In this document: positions 59,881 to 64,000 of the stretch, piece by piece
Position numbering within the stretch: the stretch's first letter is position 1
How the letters are laid out: every line of letters starts with the position of its first letter
From: Pseudomonadales bacterium
Lineage (GTDB): Bacteria > Pseudomonadota > Gammaproteobacteria > Pseudomonadales > CAWVSB01
Direction: 5' to 3'
Length of the DNA: 64,000 nt
NCBI GenBank assembly: GCA_046710535.1
Contig: JBKEHH010000011.1
Coordinates: 30,974-94,973, forward strand
Translations under genes and position numbers: made by a program
The notes under the pieces: model-generated
Told to the model about the DNA's origin: nothing
What the model saw: the letters and a program-made list of their open reading frames with translations, nothing else
Database searches by the model: none

Positions 59881-61176
59881 ATGTTAAATATTCTTCCTCA
59901 GTTGCAGCAACACCTTAATGCAAAAAGGTGGGTGGTGGCTTATAGCGGCGGGGTCGACTCGCATGTGCTGTTGCATCAGCTAGCAGTCTTATCTGTCGAT
60001 TCAACTATTCCTATTATTATTGCCATCCATATAAATCATGGCTTGCAAGCCGATGCCTCGCAGTGGCAAGTCCACTGTGAGGAGGTTTGTGAAAGCTTGG
60101 GTATTAATAGCATATCAATTGTGGTTAATGTTGATGGTAAAGGTGGCGTAGAACAGAGTGCCCGCGAAGCTCGTTATGGGGCGTTTGAGCAATATCTGCA
60201 GGCGGGTGATGTGCTATTTCAGGGGCATCATTTGGACGATCAGGCTGAAACAGTGTTAATGCGCTTATTAAATGGCAGTGGGCCTAAGGGTTTGGGCGGG
60301 ATTCCAGCGCAGCGCAGCCTTGGCAGTGCAATCTTAGCGCGGCCCTTATTAAACTGTGCTAAAGAAGATATCTTAAGCTACGCCCAGCAGCATCAACTGA
60401 GGTGGGTTGAAGATACAAGCAACGACAATAGTCGCTATGACCGCAACTTTTTACGTAACGAAATATTACCTAAGCTACAGCAGCGCTGGCCAAGTGTTAA
60501 GCGCAATTTAAGCCGCAGCGGCTCGTTAAGCGCAGAGCTAAGTTGGGAAATTTCAACCCTGGCAGAAGCTGATTTAGTGGCTTGTGATTATTGCTCTAAT
60601 GATTCAAGCATTAGTGTTAATAGTCTGTTAACTTTGTCTTTGAATCGACGTTTTTCGGTATTGAGACAATTGGCGCTTAGCTTGCAGGATCTACCGCCCT
60701 CATTAGCCGTGCTCGAACAAGTGAATAAGGCCTTGTCTGCAGATTCTCAAGCGCATCCGCTTATTCAGTATGGCGATGCAGAGTTTCGGATTGCTGCTGG
60801 GCGCTTGTTGATAATGCCGATCTTACCAAGGGTCGACTCTAGCTCGGTATATCAATGGAATGGTCAGTCGCTATTGGAACTGGACGGCCTTGGTTCTCTG
60901 GAGGCTGTATCGATCAGTGGTCGGGGTTTACGTTACTTTGATTGCGCTGAGGTTAAATATCGCCAAGGCGGCGAGCGTTGCAAGCCGGCTGGTAGAAAAC
61001 ACTCGCAAACGCTTAAAAAACTGCTACAAGAATACGGTGTTAAGCCGTGGCTGCGCGATAGAGTCCCCTTGGTTTATATAGATGATCAGTTGGCCGCCGT
61101 AGGCGACTATTGGGTTTGTGATGATTTTCTTAGTCCCGAGGGAGCGTCTGCTCTAGAGCTGATTTGGCACCATTAA
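59881..61176 (+). CDS. tilS: tRNA(Ile)-lysidine synthase
   Basis: PP-loop SGGVDS, HLDDQAET, and the C-terminal TilS substrate domain. Confidence 0.9.
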   Translation: MLNILPQLQQHLNAKRWVVAYSGGVDSHVLLHQLAVLSVDSTIPIIIAIHINHGLQADASQWQVHCEEVCESLGINSISIVVNVDGKGGVEQSAREARYGAFEQYLQAGDVLFQGHHLDDQAETVLMRLLNGSGPKGLGGIPAQRSLGSAILARPLLNCAKEDILSYAQQHQLRWVEDTSNDNSRYDRNFLRNEILPKLQQRWPSVKRNLSRSGSLSAELSWEISTLAEADLVACDYCSNDSSISVNSLLTLSLNRRFSVLRQLALSLQDLPPSLAVLEQVNKALSADSQAHPLIQYGDAEFRIAAGRLLIMPILPRVDSSSVYQWNGQSLLELDGLGSLEAVSISGRGLRYFDCAEVKYRQGGERCKPAGRKHSQTLKKLLQEYGVKPWLRDRVPLVYIDDQLAAVGDYWVCDDFLSPEGASALELIWHH

Positions 61177-61282
61177 TCAGCGTTATCACGCCTGCTTTGC
61201 GTTGTGCCGAACATGGCTTTCTGCTATTCTGATCCACCATCTACAGCGGCTTTATTTATTCAAATTTCCCGCTTAATCCTGA

Positions 61283-64000
<2,718 letters not shown>

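Overview
This 64 kb window is a chromosomal segment of a moderately AT-rich gammaproteobacterium. I cannot name the taxon from sequence alone. A wax-ester synthase, several esterases and the Pseudomonas-like gene order suggest a marine Oceanospirillales/Cellvibrionales-type organism.

The right half (29.6-64 kb) is a conserved housekeeping backbone: dapC-glnD-map on the minus strand, then rpsB-tsf-pyrH-frr-uppS-cdsA-dxr-rseP-bamA-skp-lpxD-lpxA-lpxB-rnhB-dnaE-accA-tilS-pyrG-kdsA-eno on the plus strand. It deviates in two ways:
- About 6.9 kb (oxyR, a signal-peptide katG, and two Kdo/WaaP-type kinase genes) sits between map and rpsB.
- fabZ is absent between lpxD and lpxA.

The left half mixes core genes (trpS, dapA-bamC, rnb, smrB, trmH, rsmJ, yffB-dapD-dapE) with lineage-specific genes:
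- an SDR/esterase/SDR cluster;
- a membrane esterase next to a WS/DGAT wax-ester synthase with a lysine-rich tail;
- a tandem kinase-like protein;
- an LRR lipoprotein plus voltage-gated K+ channel pair, divergent from a degenerate class III cyclase-domain protein;
- a uracil-DNA-glycosylase gene broken by one in-frame stop.

I saw no rRNA, tRNA, CRISPR array, IS element, integrase or recognisable defence-system gene.

The best candidates for undescribed biology are:
- the 744-aa glycoside-hydrolase-like barrel fused to a kinase (37821-40055);
- the orphan cyclase-homology protein (21717-22949);
- the LRR-lipoprotein/Kv-channel operon (20267-21656).

None is a clear multi-gene system, and all calls rest on motif reading by eye. 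No homology search, GC or codon statistics, or RNA folding was run.
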